In this document: piece by piece, positions 11,350 to 24,532 of the stretch
Numbering within the stretch: the stretch's first letter is position 1
Layout: each line of letters begins with the position of its first letter
Made by a program: the position numbers and the translations under genes
Assembly (NCBI GenBank): GCA_951406725.2
Contig: OX597827.1
Location: 12,400,001-12,464,000 of the forward strand
Direction: 5' to 3'
Source of the DNA: Octopus vulgaris
Taxonomy: Eukaryota
DNA length: 64,000 bases
Notes under the pieces: model-generated
Database searches by the model: none
What the model was told of the DNA's origin: nothing
The model's input: only the letters and a program-made list of their open reading frames with translations

Positions 11350-12322
11350 ACTGGTTTCAAATTTTGGCACAAGGCCAGCAAGCTCAGGGCAGTGGGCTGC
11401 TAATCAATTACATTGACCCCCCAGTGTTTAACTGGTATTTATTTCATTGGCTCTCAAAGGATGAGAGGCAGAGTCAACCTCGGTTTCAATTTGAACTCAG
11501 AACATAAAAACAGATGAAATGTCGCTAATCATATTGCCCAGTGTGTTAATAATTCTACCTGGTCGTGCCCTTCAGATTAGGAAGGATATTAGTTTCAAAT
11601 TTTGGCACAGAGCCAGCAAGTCCGGGGGTAGAGATGGCGGCAAGAGCTAAGTCGATTACATAGACCTCAGTGTTTAACTGGTTCTTATTTTATACTAGCA
11701 GTATCACCCAGCGTTGCTTGGGTTTGTAAGGGAAATAACTATATAAGCATTTTTAAAGAGTTACTTCCCTTAAAAAACCCGAGCAAAAATCATTAAAAAT
11801 GCGGAAAAATAATGGTAAATTTTTTTTTAAATTGTAGACTCATCATAGACACACGCTAATAACCAGAAGGGCTCGATATGAATCACGTCTATAACCTGCT
11901 TTTGGTTAAACTGCACCGCAAAATGTGGGAGTAGTTAGGAATCTAAATCGGAGTAAACAGACACACACACACACTACTTTAGTTTTATATATAAAGATAT
12001 TTCAAAGGGATGGAAAGTAAAGCTGACCTTGGTAGAATTTGAACTCAGAACATCAAGACTGATGAAACGCTGCTAAGCATTTCACCCAGTGTGCTAACAA
12101 TTCTGTCAGTCCGCCACCTTAGGATAGGAGAAATATTGTTTTCTAATTTTGGCACAAGGCCAGCAATTTCTGGAGGGGGAGTAAATCAATTACATCAACT
12201 CCCCAGTGTTCAAGTGGTACTTTATTTTAACGACCTTGAAAGGATGGAAGGTTAAGTCGACCTCAGAGGAATTTGAACTCAGAACACAAAGGTGGGTGAA
12301 ATGTCGCTAAGCATTTTGCCCA
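11350..12322 (-). mobile_element. Three head-to-tail diverged SINE B copies (tail type 2); the second is interrupted by a Helitron, the third by SINE A
   Basis: aattttggcaca motif recurs near 11355, 11593 and 12140, each followed by SINE B body ending tttgaactcagaac. Confidence 0.75.
11695..11997 (-). mobile_element. Non-autonomous Helitron, family 1
   Basis: A|CTAGcagtatcacccagcgttgcttggg ... tatataaaGA|T on the plus strand. Confidence 0.85.
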
Positions 12323-12328
12323 TCTTTT

Positions 12329-12731
12329 GCGCAGGAGTGGCTGTGTAGTAAGTAGTTTGCTAACCAACCACATGGTTCCGGGTTCAGTCCCACTGCGTGG
12401 CATCTTGGGCAAGTGTCTTCTGCTATAGCCCCGGGCCGACCAAAGCCTTGTGAGTGGATTTGGTAGACGGAAACTGAAAGAAGCCCGTCGTATATATGTA
12501 TATATATATATGTGTGTGTACGTGTGTGTTTGTGTGTCTGTGTTTGTCCCCCTAGCATTGCTTGACAACCGATGCTGGTGTGTTTACGTCCCTGTTACTT
12601 AGCGGTTCGGCAAAAGAGACCAATAGAATAAGTACTGGGCTTACAAAGAATAAGTTCCGGGGTCGATTTGCTCGACTAAAGGCGGTGCTCCAGCATGGCC
12701 ACAGTCAAATGACTGAAACAAGTAAAAGAGA
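12329..12731 (+). mobile_element. SINE family A nested in SINE B
   Basis: SINE B resumes at ~12733 (acgattctgccag). Confidence 0.88.
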
Positions 12732-12932
12732 AAACGATTCTGCCAGTTTGCCACTTTGAATAGGAGGACTAATATATTGTGATGCTAAACAGCTGGTCCC
12801 AAAATGATTGGGCTAAATGTCTCATAAGGAATTTCAGACCCTGTGTTGGTGTTAGAAACAGTTATATTTTTAATATTCTACCAATTATGCAATACTATTC
12901 TTCGCATTACTTTTATTCTACTGTTTATTTAG

Positions 12933-13270
12933 TGAAGGTGCATGGCTCAGTGGTTAGAGTGTCGACCTTATGATCGTGAGGTTGTGAGCTCGAATCTTGG
13001 ACCGGGCTGCATGTTGTGTTCTTGAGCAAGGCACTTTATTTCACGTTGCTCCAGTTCACTTAGCTGTAGAAATGAGTTGCGACATCACAGGTGCCAAGCT
13101 GTATCGGCCCCTTTGCCTTTCCCTTGGATAACACTGGAGGCATGGAGAGGGGAGGCCGGTATGCATGGGCAACTGCTGGTCTTCCATAAACAACCTCGCC
13201 CGGACTTGTGTCTAGGAGGGTAACTTTCTAGGTGCAAACCCATGGTCTGTGTCATGACTGAAGGGGGTCT
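12933..13270 (+). mobile_element. SINE family D (tRNA head plus CORE-like GTGTTCTTGAGCAAGGCACTT)
   Basis: TGGCTCAGTGG A-box, GAGCTCGAATC B-box-like; related head at 55556. Confidence 0.75.
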
Positions 13271-13664
13271 CAGACTGTTTATTTAACTAGAACACAACAT
13301 GAAGACAGAATATTCCCAGCATTAAAAAATGGTGAGAAACGAAAATACACCATAGGAGTAAAACCAGAATGAAAATCTTCTAAAACTGTAAGTTTGTTAT
13401 AACAGAAGGAAAAAAAGGAAAAAGAGAGAGAGAGAGAGAAAGGGGCAGTTTAAGAAAACTGATGTCTAAATCATAGATTTGTTGAGTCTTACAGTGTTAT
13501 AATGTTCGATAAGGTGTCAAAGAAAACATTATACAACAGATAGAAAATAGCTGCTGCTTGAGGAGAAGATAATTATAATTTAGTTTCTTCTGTATATCCA
13601 AATATATCTATCTACACATACACACAAACTCACAGACACACAGACACACTCATGTGCATTATTT

Positions 13665-13810
13665 AAATATATATATATATCCTTACACACGTACATATAT
13701 ACATATGCACATATATTTATATATATATATACACACACACATTATATATATGTATATATATATATAAATATATATATACATATATATATATGTATATATA
13801 TATGTATATA

Positions 13811-13855
<45 letters not shown>

Positions 13856-13953
13856 ATGTATATATATATATATACATATACATACATTATATATATGTAT
13901 ATATATATATAAATATATATATACATATATATATATGTATATATATATGTATA

Positions 13954-14002
<49 letters not shown>

Positions 14003-14030
14003 GTATATATATATATATATACATATATAC
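13665..14030. repeat. (TA)n-rich compound microsatellite with internal duplication
   Basis: Direct reading. Confidence 0.9.
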
Positions 14031-14360
14031 ATTTCCTATTTCCAAGCCTCTCTCTTTTGTCTTCAAGAAATAATTACTTTTGACAAATGGCACCAACACA
14101 GTAATTTTGTCTGAGGCTAGAAAAAGCCAATGTAGAATCATAAGACATCGGCCGTGACTTGCAGAAGAACTATTATTGGGGGGTTCTAGTTCTTCTAAAG
14201 GTCACATTGTAGTCAAAGTTTGACAGGAGGCCTGAGATTGTTAACATTCAACTCTGTCGACATAATCAAGTTTTTTTTCTTAGCTCTCTGGAATAACATT
14301 TTACCGCAACTGTTGCTTCTAACAGAGCTATTCAATCAACAAATTTTCATTTTCTGCACG

Positions 14361-14396
<36 letters not shown>

Positions 14397-14825
14397 ATAT
14401 ATTGTCTGTGAAAATTTTCTAACATTATTGTTGTTTTTTTTTGTTTTTTGTTTTTTTTTTCTGACTGCTAAGAAAATAAATTAGATGTTATTGTGTCCTT
14501 GCTCCACTCAATTCTTCAAACACAAGCATGGAATGGTAATTATAAGCAGCAATACTTGGAGAAATCCCCTAAAGGAACATTACAACTCTGATACAGATGT
14601 TTAATCCAGAGATTTATTGTGATTTGCATTGATCCATACTTGAAAAGCCATCTTCCGATAAGTAGATGTAATTTTTATTGAAAAGCTCAAATACCACTGC
14701 TTTCGCTAATTTGTTTCAAGTTATGGCTTCAGCAAAAGAAAAAACACAACACAGCACAATGTAGAGTGAAAAAACTCAATGCTTACTGAATACTGAACAC
14801 CTGGATTTAATGGGGGGGGGGGACT

Positions 14826-15446
14826 ATACATACATACATACATACACAAATATGCATACAGACATACATACATACATACATACATACATTCATACATACG
14901 TACATACATACATGCATACATACATACATACATGCATGCATGCATACATACATACATACATACATACATACATACATACATACATACATACATACATACA
15001 TGCATGCATACACACATACATACACACACATACATACATACATACATACATACACCAATACTTACATACATACATACATACTTACATACATACATACATA
15101 CACACACAAACATACATACATACATACATACATACATACATACATACATACATACATACATACATACATACATACATACATACATACATACATACATACA
15201 TACACATACATACATACATACATAATGTGTGTGTGTATGTATACATACATATATAATGCATACATACATATACACATACATGCACACTTACATATGTGTG
15301 TGTATGTGCACAATATACACATATTACACACATGCATCTGTAAATATATCATGCATATATAGATAGATAGATAGATAGATAGATAAAGATAGATAGATTT
15401 ATATATATATAGATAGATAGATAGATAAGTAGATAGATAGGCAGAC

Positions 15447-15514
<68 letters not shown>

Positions 15515-15520
15515 GGATAG
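14826..15520. repeat. (TACA)n followed by (GATA)n microsatellites
   Basis: Direct reading. Confidence 0.95.
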
Positions 15521-16073
15521 GTTTTCTATTTTAGTTGGTGACCTTTAATAACTGTAGTTTTCAACTTTTTACGACCACAACACATTTTGGCAAATCAATA
15601 ATTATAATGGGGTACACTTAACATTTGATTCCCGAGATTTTGCGGGGTTCTTTTTTTTTGGTTCAGTCAGGAGAAAACTGTTGTGCCCATGGCCATAACA
15701 CACCATCCAAGACCAGAGAAATAAACATAATAAATGCTGATTTGTAACCCATTTGCCTATGGCTTATTCTATGTTCATGATCTTTCTATGTATATTTTAT
15801 CAAGTAATCCAAAAGTAAAAGAATTTTTCTTTGAAACTATGATACTACAAACCAAACTGGTTCATGAACTTTAGGTTGATGGATACTGTATCAGAACTTT
15901 CTTATTATTCTTGGATATAAGCACAGGTACAGTAAGAAATTTGCTTTCCAATCACAAGGTCCTGAGTTGAGCCACACTGTGTGGCACCTTGGACAAATGT
16001 CATCGACTATAGCCTCAGGTTAACCAAAGCCTTGTGAGTGGATTTAATAGACAGAAACTGAAAGAACTCAATC

Positions 16074-16119
<46 letters not shown>

Positions 16120-16459
16120 TAGCACTATGACCCGGCGTTTCTTCAAGGTGGTGTCTCGGCATGGATGCAATCTAATGACTGAAACAAGTAAAAGATAAAA
16201 GATATAGCCTTGAGGTTAAGAAGTTTACTTCACAACCACATGAATCTAGTTTCAATCCCTCTCTACAGTACTTCAGGTAAGTGTTGTCTTCTACTGTAAC
16301 CTCAGGTTAACCAATGCAGTGCGAATGGAATTTAGTTGATAGTAATTCATCATGTAAATGTGCATATGTACGTATGTGTATGTTTGTGTCTGTATATGTG
16401 TGTATGAGTCTCAATGTATATGTTTATTGATGTGTAAAGTTACATAGTATTCTTTCAAA

Positions 16460-16965
16460 CTAGTACTATGACCCCGTGTTGCTGGGTCTACTGCTAGTGT
16501 TTGTTGTTCGTTGCTGGGTCGCAGTAAAGATTTCTCACTAAATCAAGAGCTAAGTTTCTTATCACATTTCAGCCTGGGCCAGTTTTGTTGTTTATGAGCT
16601 AATTGGAGCTTTTTATGAGACTAATTAATATTCATTAACTTCGGTTTTCACCCCTGGAATGGCATAATCATGGAAAATTAGCGGGGCTGTGCACATGCCA
16701 TTGCTCAGACAAAAAAGGAGGCAGAAGAAAGCGAAAAACTCGAATTTGGCTGCAAAATAACTTATGGGCATAAGGGGTCGGTTTATTGATTTTTTATTGG
16801 TTTTCTGGGGTGACAGAGAAAATGAAAAGATTTTCAGGACCACCCTCAGACAGTTTTGAAAGCCCATAGAAAATGCAAGCCTTTTATGTGAAAAACTGTG
16901 GATTTGTATAAAGGACACACAGACACACAGATACACAGATATTTTGCTGTTTATAGATATAGAGA
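16460..16965 (-). mobile_element. Non-autonomous Helitron, family 2
   Basis: Minus strand A|TCTCTATATCTATAAACAGC ... GACCCAGCAACACGGGGTCATAGTACTAG|T; homologous to 52428-52831. Confidence 0.8.
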
Positions 16966-17470
16966 TGTGTAAGTTGCCATGTAATGATTCAACTAATAAG
17001 TATTGATATATTAATTAATAATTATCAGACTGAGATAAGCCCACATTTTTTCGCTTTGTTTACTTGCTGAGTCTGACCAATGCCAAACTGCTACTTCTCT
17101 GCATAGAGAGATCACAGGTCTCGTATTGCTGGCATGAAATTCTAATCAAATCTTGCAGGAAAGAATCAGAAAGTGGATTCCTTAAGCTGAGCCAGTTGGC
17201 AGGAGACCTAAGAGCGAGAGTGTCCCGAGGTGCAGCACAATGGGACTGAACTCAAGACCATGTGCTTGCAAAGCAAGCTTGTTAACTACACAGCCAGGTT
17301 TGCAACTATTTATGTCTTATGAAGAAAATAATATCTTAATTCATCTCCAGAGGAAAGATGCGCAGCAATCAAAGAAGTCAAGTACGGCACAGCAAGTTCA
17401 GATTAATGATGCTTTTAGACATATATTTGTGCACCCATTATCATATGTTGATGTGTTAACTTTACATCTA

Positions 17471-17813
17471 GGTGCAGGAGTGGCTGTGTGGTAAGTAGCT
17501 CGTTTACCAACCACATGGTTCTGGGTTCAGTCCCACTCCATGGCACCTTGGGCAAGTGTCTTCTACTATAGCCTCGGGGCCAACCAAAGCCTTGTGAGTG
17601 AATTTCGTAGATGGAAACTGAAAGAAGTCCGTCGTATATATTTATATATATATTGGTAAAATGGTAAGATAACAAAAGAAAGATTTTTCTTTTTTTTCAT
17701 AGCGTTTTCAAATAGCCAGATAACCAAAGAGATGGCGTTGTGGATTCCCACTTCGGCATCTGAAACTCAGAGTTTTATCTTGACTATCGAGTAATGTAAC
17801 ATATTATTTTATA

Positions 17814-17872
<59 letters not shown>

Positions 17873-18053
17873 ACATATGTTTGTGTCTGTGTTTGTCCCC
17901 ACCAGCATCGCTTGACAACTGATACTGGTGTGTTTACGTCCCCGTAACTTAGAGATTCGGCAAAAGAGACTGATAGAATAAGTACTAGGCTTACAACGAA
18001 TAAGTCCTGGGGTCGATTTGCTCAATGAAAAGGCGTTAAATAAGTAAAAGAGT
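17471..18053 (+). mobile_element. SINE A head and tail separated by ~160 bp of unique sequence
   Basis: Head 17471-17650, unique 17655-17812, tail 17816-18053. Confidence 0.75.
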
Positions 18054-18535
18054 ATGCCTGCTTCATATATATAAATATACATATACTCACACAAACACAC
18101 ACACACATATATATATGTATATGTAGTATATGTATATATAGGTGTGTGTGTACTAAGAATGGTCGTGAAGCATCAATATTATATAATCTATATTATTCAA
18201 TCTTTCTATTATCTATTCTACTTGACTTGTTTGGGTTGCCCTCTTTTTACAAGTGTTCGCTCTGAGTCCATTCTTCTTCATCAAAGCAAATATTTACATT
18301 GACATATTGGAGCTGTCAGCAGCCATCTTGTGACAACACTTTTATTCAATCAATTAAATTCGTAGAAATGACATTTGCAATGGAAATAATAAGTAAACAT
18401 TAATAAAAATACTAATAATGAATTCATTAAAAAAAACATATTACCCTGAAAATCTTAATGAAGAGGAATATAATTATTGGAAAAAGACACTTAACATTAT
18501 TTCTTATAAAGGTTAGAATACCAGAAGATAGTCTC

Positions 18536-18928
18536 AGTTTCAGTCACAGCCATTTGATTGTGGCCATGCTGGAGCACCGCCTTTAGTCGAGCGAATCGAC
18601 CCCAGGACTTATTCTTTGTAAGCCTAGTACTTATTCTTTCAGTCTCTTTTTCCGAACCGCTAAGTGACGGGGACGTAAACACACCAGCATCAGTTGCATA
18701 ACGATGTTCGGGGGACAAATGCAGACACACAAACATATACATACACATATATATATACACATATACGACGGGCTTCTTTCAGTTTCCGTCTACCAAATCC
18801 ACTCACAAGGTTTTGGTCAGCCCGAGGCTATAGTAGAAGGCACTTGCCCTAGGTGCCACGCAGTGGGACTGAACCTGGAACCATGTGGCTGGTAAGCAAG
18901 CTACTTACCACACAGCCACTCCTGCGCC
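18536..18928 (-). mobile_element. Full SINE family A
   Basis: Ends in cagccactcctgcgcc on the plus strand. Confidence 0.9.
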
Positions 18929-19290
18929 TATGCCTTCTGTATTTTTATAATTAAATATCATTTGGAATTGTCTAAGAAAGTTTTAAAAAGATTTTTGTGT
19001 ATTTTTAAAGTATAAGCAACTTATTGCACATAAATTTTAATAACAAAATCTTATATGGACACCCCAAGGGTCATATGGACCCCAAAGGTCATATGGCCTC
19101 AGTTGAGGACCACTGCTTTGAATAATGGTAGCACAGTAAAAGAGTGAAGTGGGGTCGCAGGCCACCTGTGATGATGCTTTTATGGGGGCAGCACTTTTGG
19201 GTTTTCTGTATAAGCCTGTACAGACTGTATTGCCAAGAGCGCGAGTGGTAAACTCAACGACTGCCATAGATGGCACACACTTTAGCTATA

Positions 19291-19778
19291 TCTTTATATA
19301 TGAAAGTAAGGTTGTGTGTCTGTCTCCTACGATTTAGATTCCTAACTACTCCCACATTTTGTGGTGCAGTTTAACCAAAACCGGGTATCTTATAGTCGTG
19401 ATTCATATCGAGCCCTTCTGGGTATTAGCGCACGTCTACGATGAGTCTACGATTTAAAAAAAATTTACCATCATTTTTTTCCATTTTAATGCATTTTTTC
19501 GCTATTAAATAAGGGAAGTAACTCTCTAAAAATGTCTACGATGAGTCAACGATTTAAAAAAAAAATTACCATCATTTTTAATGTATTTTTTTGCTATTAC
19601 ATAAGGGAAGTAACTCTCTAAAAATGTCTACGATAAGTCTACAATTTAAAAAAAAAATTACCATAATTTTTTTCCATTTTTAATGCATATTTTTGCTATT
19701 TTTTGGCTATAACTCTCTAAAAATGCTTATATAGTTATTTCCCTTACAAACCCGAGCAATGCCAGGCGATACTGCTAG
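19291..19778 (+). mobile_element. Non-autonomous Helitron, family 1, with three internal repeats
   Basis: A|TCTTTATATA ... CCCGAGCAATGCCAGGCGATACTGCTAG|T. Confidence 0.88.
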
Positions 19779-20258
19779 TTACTGATAAATAAATTGTTTG
19801 ATAACTCTCAGAAAACGAAAAGTTAGGCAAATTAATTTATTCCATCTTTTCTACAACTGATTACATCTCATATGTTTGTTAGCTGTAGGGCAGAAGTCTC
19901 ACCATTGCTTCTGTGGTGGTGATTGTTTTGTATCTAGAACAGAATTGTCCAGAAAATCTTCAACATACAAAAGATGGCATTAAAAGTTTAAAGGGAAAAT
20001 TTGGCTATAGCTTGACAAGGATCACATAAGAAATATCCTTCCAAAAATGCCTTTGAAAGAATTTGACCTGCCTCAAAATTGTGGCCAAAATGATGTTGGT
20101 GATAATATCAACACGTCACCAGTATCTTCAATACCTGCCACTAAGTAAACTTGAACCAAAGGTAATTTTACATTTTTTAAATAAAGTTTTCTAGGACATG
20201 TTTAATTGACACGACAACTGATAATAGAATTCAACGAAGAGAAGTTTTGCACAGGAGT

Positions 20259-20423
20259 GGTGCAGGAGTGGCTGTGTGGTAAGTAGCTTGTTTACCAACC
20301 ACATGGTTCCGGGTTCAGTCCTGCTGCATGGCATTTTGGGCAAGTGTCTTCTGCTATAGCTCCGGGCCGACAAATGCCTTGTGAGTGGATTTGGTAGACG
20401 GAAACTGAAACAAGCCTGTCGTA

Positions 20424-20494
<71 letters not shown>

Positions 20495-20713
20495 GTGTGT
20501 GTGTTTGTCCCCCTAGCATTGCTTGACAACCGATGCTGGTGTGTTTACGTCCCCGTCACTTAGCGGTTCGGCAAAAGAGACCGATAGAATAAGTACTGGG
20601 CTTACAAAGAATAAGTCCTCCTGGGGTCGATTTGCTCGACTAAAAGGCGGTGCTCCAGCATGGCCGCAGTCAAATGACTGAAACAAGTAAAAGAGTAAAA
20701 GAGTAAAAGAGTA
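20259..20713 (+). mobile_element. Full SINE family A
   Basis: Head, long internal (TA)n, (TAAAAGAG)3 tail. Confidence 0.9.
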
Positions 20714-21244
20714 ACTAATAAACTTACATATAATGAAAAATCTAAAAGAAACGTGGTACCTATAAATAAATCACCTTCAATATCCTGAGAGAATTAAGTC
20801 TATTTCATTTGCAAATGTTACTAGCTATAATGTCAAAGTTCACATTTGTAATGATCTTGTATCTCTTCTCATTATTGGAAATGATATTTTACGTTGTAAT
20901 AAAGAAGGTAATTCGAGATTAAGAAGGAGCCTTCTACCTTTATCAAAACGTCTGTCCATGAGGTTAATGAATGGGGAACCTCTACACTTACTGACAGGTG
21001 TCAACATAAATAAGATTTAGCCTAAAGCAGCAAGATCACACAAAACACAGAGAATTCATTCAGAAAGATATATAATGTCTTCTAAATGAGAGAATTATTG
21101 CAGAGAGCAGAAGTCATGGCTCGCTCCAAGTTTTGTTACTAATTAAAAATTAAGGCCATGCTTATTTGTTGACTATTCAAGACCAATTAATACTTTAAGC
21201 ATGATGCGTTCCCACTGTCACTGATTGATTATCTCCTATAATGT

Positions 21245-21632
21245 GGAGGCGCAATGGCCCAGTGGTTAGGGCAGCGGACTCGCAGTCATAGGATCGCTTG
21301 TTCGATTCCCAGACCGGGTGTTGTGAGTGTTTATTGAGCGAAAACACCTAAAAGCTCCACGAGGCTCCAGCAGGGGATGGTGGTGATCCCTGCTGTACTC
21401 TTTCGCCACAACTTTCTCTCACTCTTACTTCCTGTTTCTGTTGTACCTGTATTTCAAGGGGCCGGCCTTGTCACTCTCTGTGTCACGCTGAATATCCCCG
21501 AGAACTATGTTAAGGGTGCACGTGTCTGTGGAGTGCTCAGCCACTTACACGTTACTTTCACGAGCAGGCTGTTCCGTTGATTCGGATCAACCGGAACCCT
21601 CATCGTCGTTACCAACGGAGTGCTTCCATCAG
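21245..21632 (+). mobile_element. SINE family C (tRNA-derived; possibly one of the octopus OR/OK SINEs), tail type 1
   Basis: GGAGGCGCAATGGCCCAGTGG A-box, TTCGATTCCC B-box; TSD-like TCTCCTATAAT at 21232 and 21633. Confidence 0.88.
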
Positions 21633-21986
21633 TCTCCTATAATATGTTGCTTAAAATTTCAGTTGTCTCTATAGTTAATCATTATAGAACTTATCCTCCG
21701 GTTCTTTAATTTTCTGGGGAATATCATTTGACAACAGTTGAAATGAAAAAGAAAAACAAAAATTTCACAAAATCAGCAGACTTCTTTTCGCCTGAACAAA
21801 GCAACAAACTTTCATTCAAGCAAATCGTTTATACTGTTATCATTGCCATTGTTACCATTATTGGAACAGTCATTTTAGTATACAGGCGCAGGCAGGGCTG
21901 TGTGGTAAGATGTTTGATTCTGAACCACATGGTTCTGGGTTCACCTCCATTGTGTGACACCTCATGAGTGGATTTGGAAAAGAAGT

Positions 21987-22021
<35 letters not shown>

Positions 22022-22025
<4 letters not shown>

Positions 22026-22376
22026 CTGGCTGTCGGGTATGCTATATTGTGTTTTTTCCTTACATGTCTTGAGTTCGTTGCACTGAAGAGCATGGAATGC
22101 ATATTCTGCATTGATTGCAAAATCACAGGTGATATGTAACTAAATTCTGTTTTAAATGACTTGCTTTGAAGTTTTGCATTCGGTACAATTTGTTTATTTT
22201 AGTAGTTTTGACTGCAAGAGTCCTTCTTAGCATGCGGTACCTATGAATAATAGTACCCTCTATATAATATAAATAAATATTTTCAAAGTGGAAAAATTTA
22301 CGGATTTTTTCTCTTACGAGGTTTTTCACGCTAACTACTGATAATTTCTTATAAAGATTTTATCCTTAATTTTAAA

Positions 22377-22380
<4 letters not shown>
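22022..22380 (+). mobile_element. (TA)n-flanked element family F carrying a hammerhead fold (22077-22140)
   Basis: GTTGCA-CTGAAGA-GCA...TGC-AAAA(G12>A)-TCAC AG GTGA-TA^TGTAAC; homologous to 40399-40886 and 25690-25842. Confidence 0.7.
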
Positions 22381-22410
<30 letters not shown>

Positions 22411-22413
<3 letters not shown>

Positions 22414-22504
22414 TCATCATTATCATCATCGATTAATATCTGTTTTCCATGCTGGCATGGGTTGGATGGTTTGACTGAGGTATGGAGAGCCAGCAGTTGC
22501 ACCA
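22411..22504 (-). mobile_element. 3' tip of the RTE-like LINE family E
   Basis: ccatgctggcatgggttgga next to a (CAT)n tail. Confidence 0.65.
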
Positions 22505-22779
22505 TACATTTTACATACATATATATTTTGTGAGAGGAAGATGGGAAGGGGGCTATTACCCTAGTAGTTGTGGCACTTGTGGATTTTTCGTGGGGTCTCC
22601 ATGAGTAGCCCAGGGTTGCTTAACTCTTTTATGCATTTTCTTTGTTAAATGCTTCATTGTAATTGACTTTTTAATTGACACTTTATGTAACCCCACTATC
22701 TCCTTCATGTTTTATGTCCAATCTTATTTTTGTCGGCCCTTGTGGTTAATATAGAGAATTATTATTATTATCATCATCA

Positions 22780-22897
<118 letters not shown>

Positions 22898-22917
22898 CTT
22901 TATTATTATTATTATTT

Positions 22918-23460
22918 TTGAGTGAGAGAGCAATGCATGCTATCAAAGTGACACTGGGGTAAAATATATGAAGCCCAGTATACCCATCATGACTACCCAT
23001 CTGATAAGGGTACACCAGGCACATGCATCACAACCATATGTGCGCGACATGGTGATCTCATATCAAGATAAACAGCACATGACCTTGCAGGTGGGGCCCA
23101 GTTAAAATTTTCTTCTGGTCGAGTAAACCATTCGACTCAAAAGGTCCCTGGATAAGGGTTGTTTAAGGATGTTGAACGAAACACCCATGTTTCCAGAGGT
23201 GAATTATTCAAACCCCAAAGAATCCCTCTCAACGCATGGCTATGATGCTCCCCCACTACTTCTGGTCGTGATCAGAGATGCACATATCATCAGCCACTAA
23301 GGGACATGCTCAACTGGTTAAGGTCAAACAACTGACAAGAAAATCTGTGGTATTGAGCAGATTATTTGCTGTAGCCCATCTTTTATACCAAGACAAAACA
23401 ATGTACAAGATAACACTTCCAATCAGTTAAGATCAGAAGCCATGAGAGCCACTGCCTGAG
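22918..23460 (-). mobile_element. 5'-truncated LINE 3' UTR embedded in (TAA)n
   Basis: Homologous to 45252-45520; (TTA)n on both sides. Confidence 0.7.
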
Positions 23461-23630
23461 TATTATTATTATTATTATTATCATATTATCATTTTGTTCA
23501 TCATATACATGTGCATGTGTATTTGTCATTATTGTTTTGCTTTTTAATTAAATATAAAGTGTCGTCTTCGAAATGTGTAATATATATTAAATAAGCCTTA
23601 ATCTTCATGCATGTCTTTTGGTCCACATTG

Positions 23631-23702
<72 letters not shown>

Positions 23703-24000
23703 ACAGGTTTCTTTCAGTTTCCATGTATTAAATTTACTCAAAATGCTTTTGTTTGCTCAGAGCTATGGTAGAAGACACTTGCCCAATTTTCCATGCTGTG
23801 GGATTGAACCAAAAACCATGTGTCCATACATACATGTGTGTGTGTGTGCGTGTGTGTGTGTGTATGTACATGTGTTTGTGTGGGCATGTGTGTGTATCTG
23901 TATGCTTGTGTGAGTCTGTGTGTTCATATATATATATATATACACACACATATATACATACATACATTCATAAATACATATGTATTTATATATATATATA

Positions 24001-24118
24001 TCACCGTGATCGCCGTGACCAACCAGGCTATCAGATGTTGCTACACATCGCTGGTCACAATGCACATCGCATTGTTTCAGCCTTCAAATGACACCACCCC
24101 GCTGGCTAAGAGAGCAGG

Positions 24119-24122
<4 letters not shown>
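24001..24122 (-). mobile_element. Isolated tail type 2 of SINE C, or the 3' end of its partner LINE
   Basis: Reverse complement of 41735-41857; (TA)n flanks. Confidence 0.75.
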
Positions 24123-24154
<32 letters not shown>

Positions 24155-24455
24155 ATATACATACACACACACATATATACACTCAGGCTGATGCACACAC
24201 ATATTTATATATGATATAAGTATATGCATTTGAAGACATATATATAAATATGTTTATATATATACCTAACTATCTTTACATGTGTATATATGTATTTATG
24301 TATGTGTATATGTCATATATGCAAATGCATGAACCCTGTATCTGAATTAATATATGCATATACATGCGTATATACAAATATATCTATATATGTATATATA
24401 TATATATATATATATACATAAATATATACATATATACATACATACATATTTATAT

Positions 24456-24532
<77 letters not shown>

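Noticed and set aside
12263-12568. Recurrent peptides such as MLGGQTQTH..DGLLSVSVYQIHSQG and MVVIPAVLF.. as a small gene family
   Set aside because: Frame translations of SINE A and SINE C copies
21245-21320. tRNA genes at SINE heads
   Set aside because: A and B boxes are present but there is no closed acceptor stem, and each continues into a SINE body with TSDs
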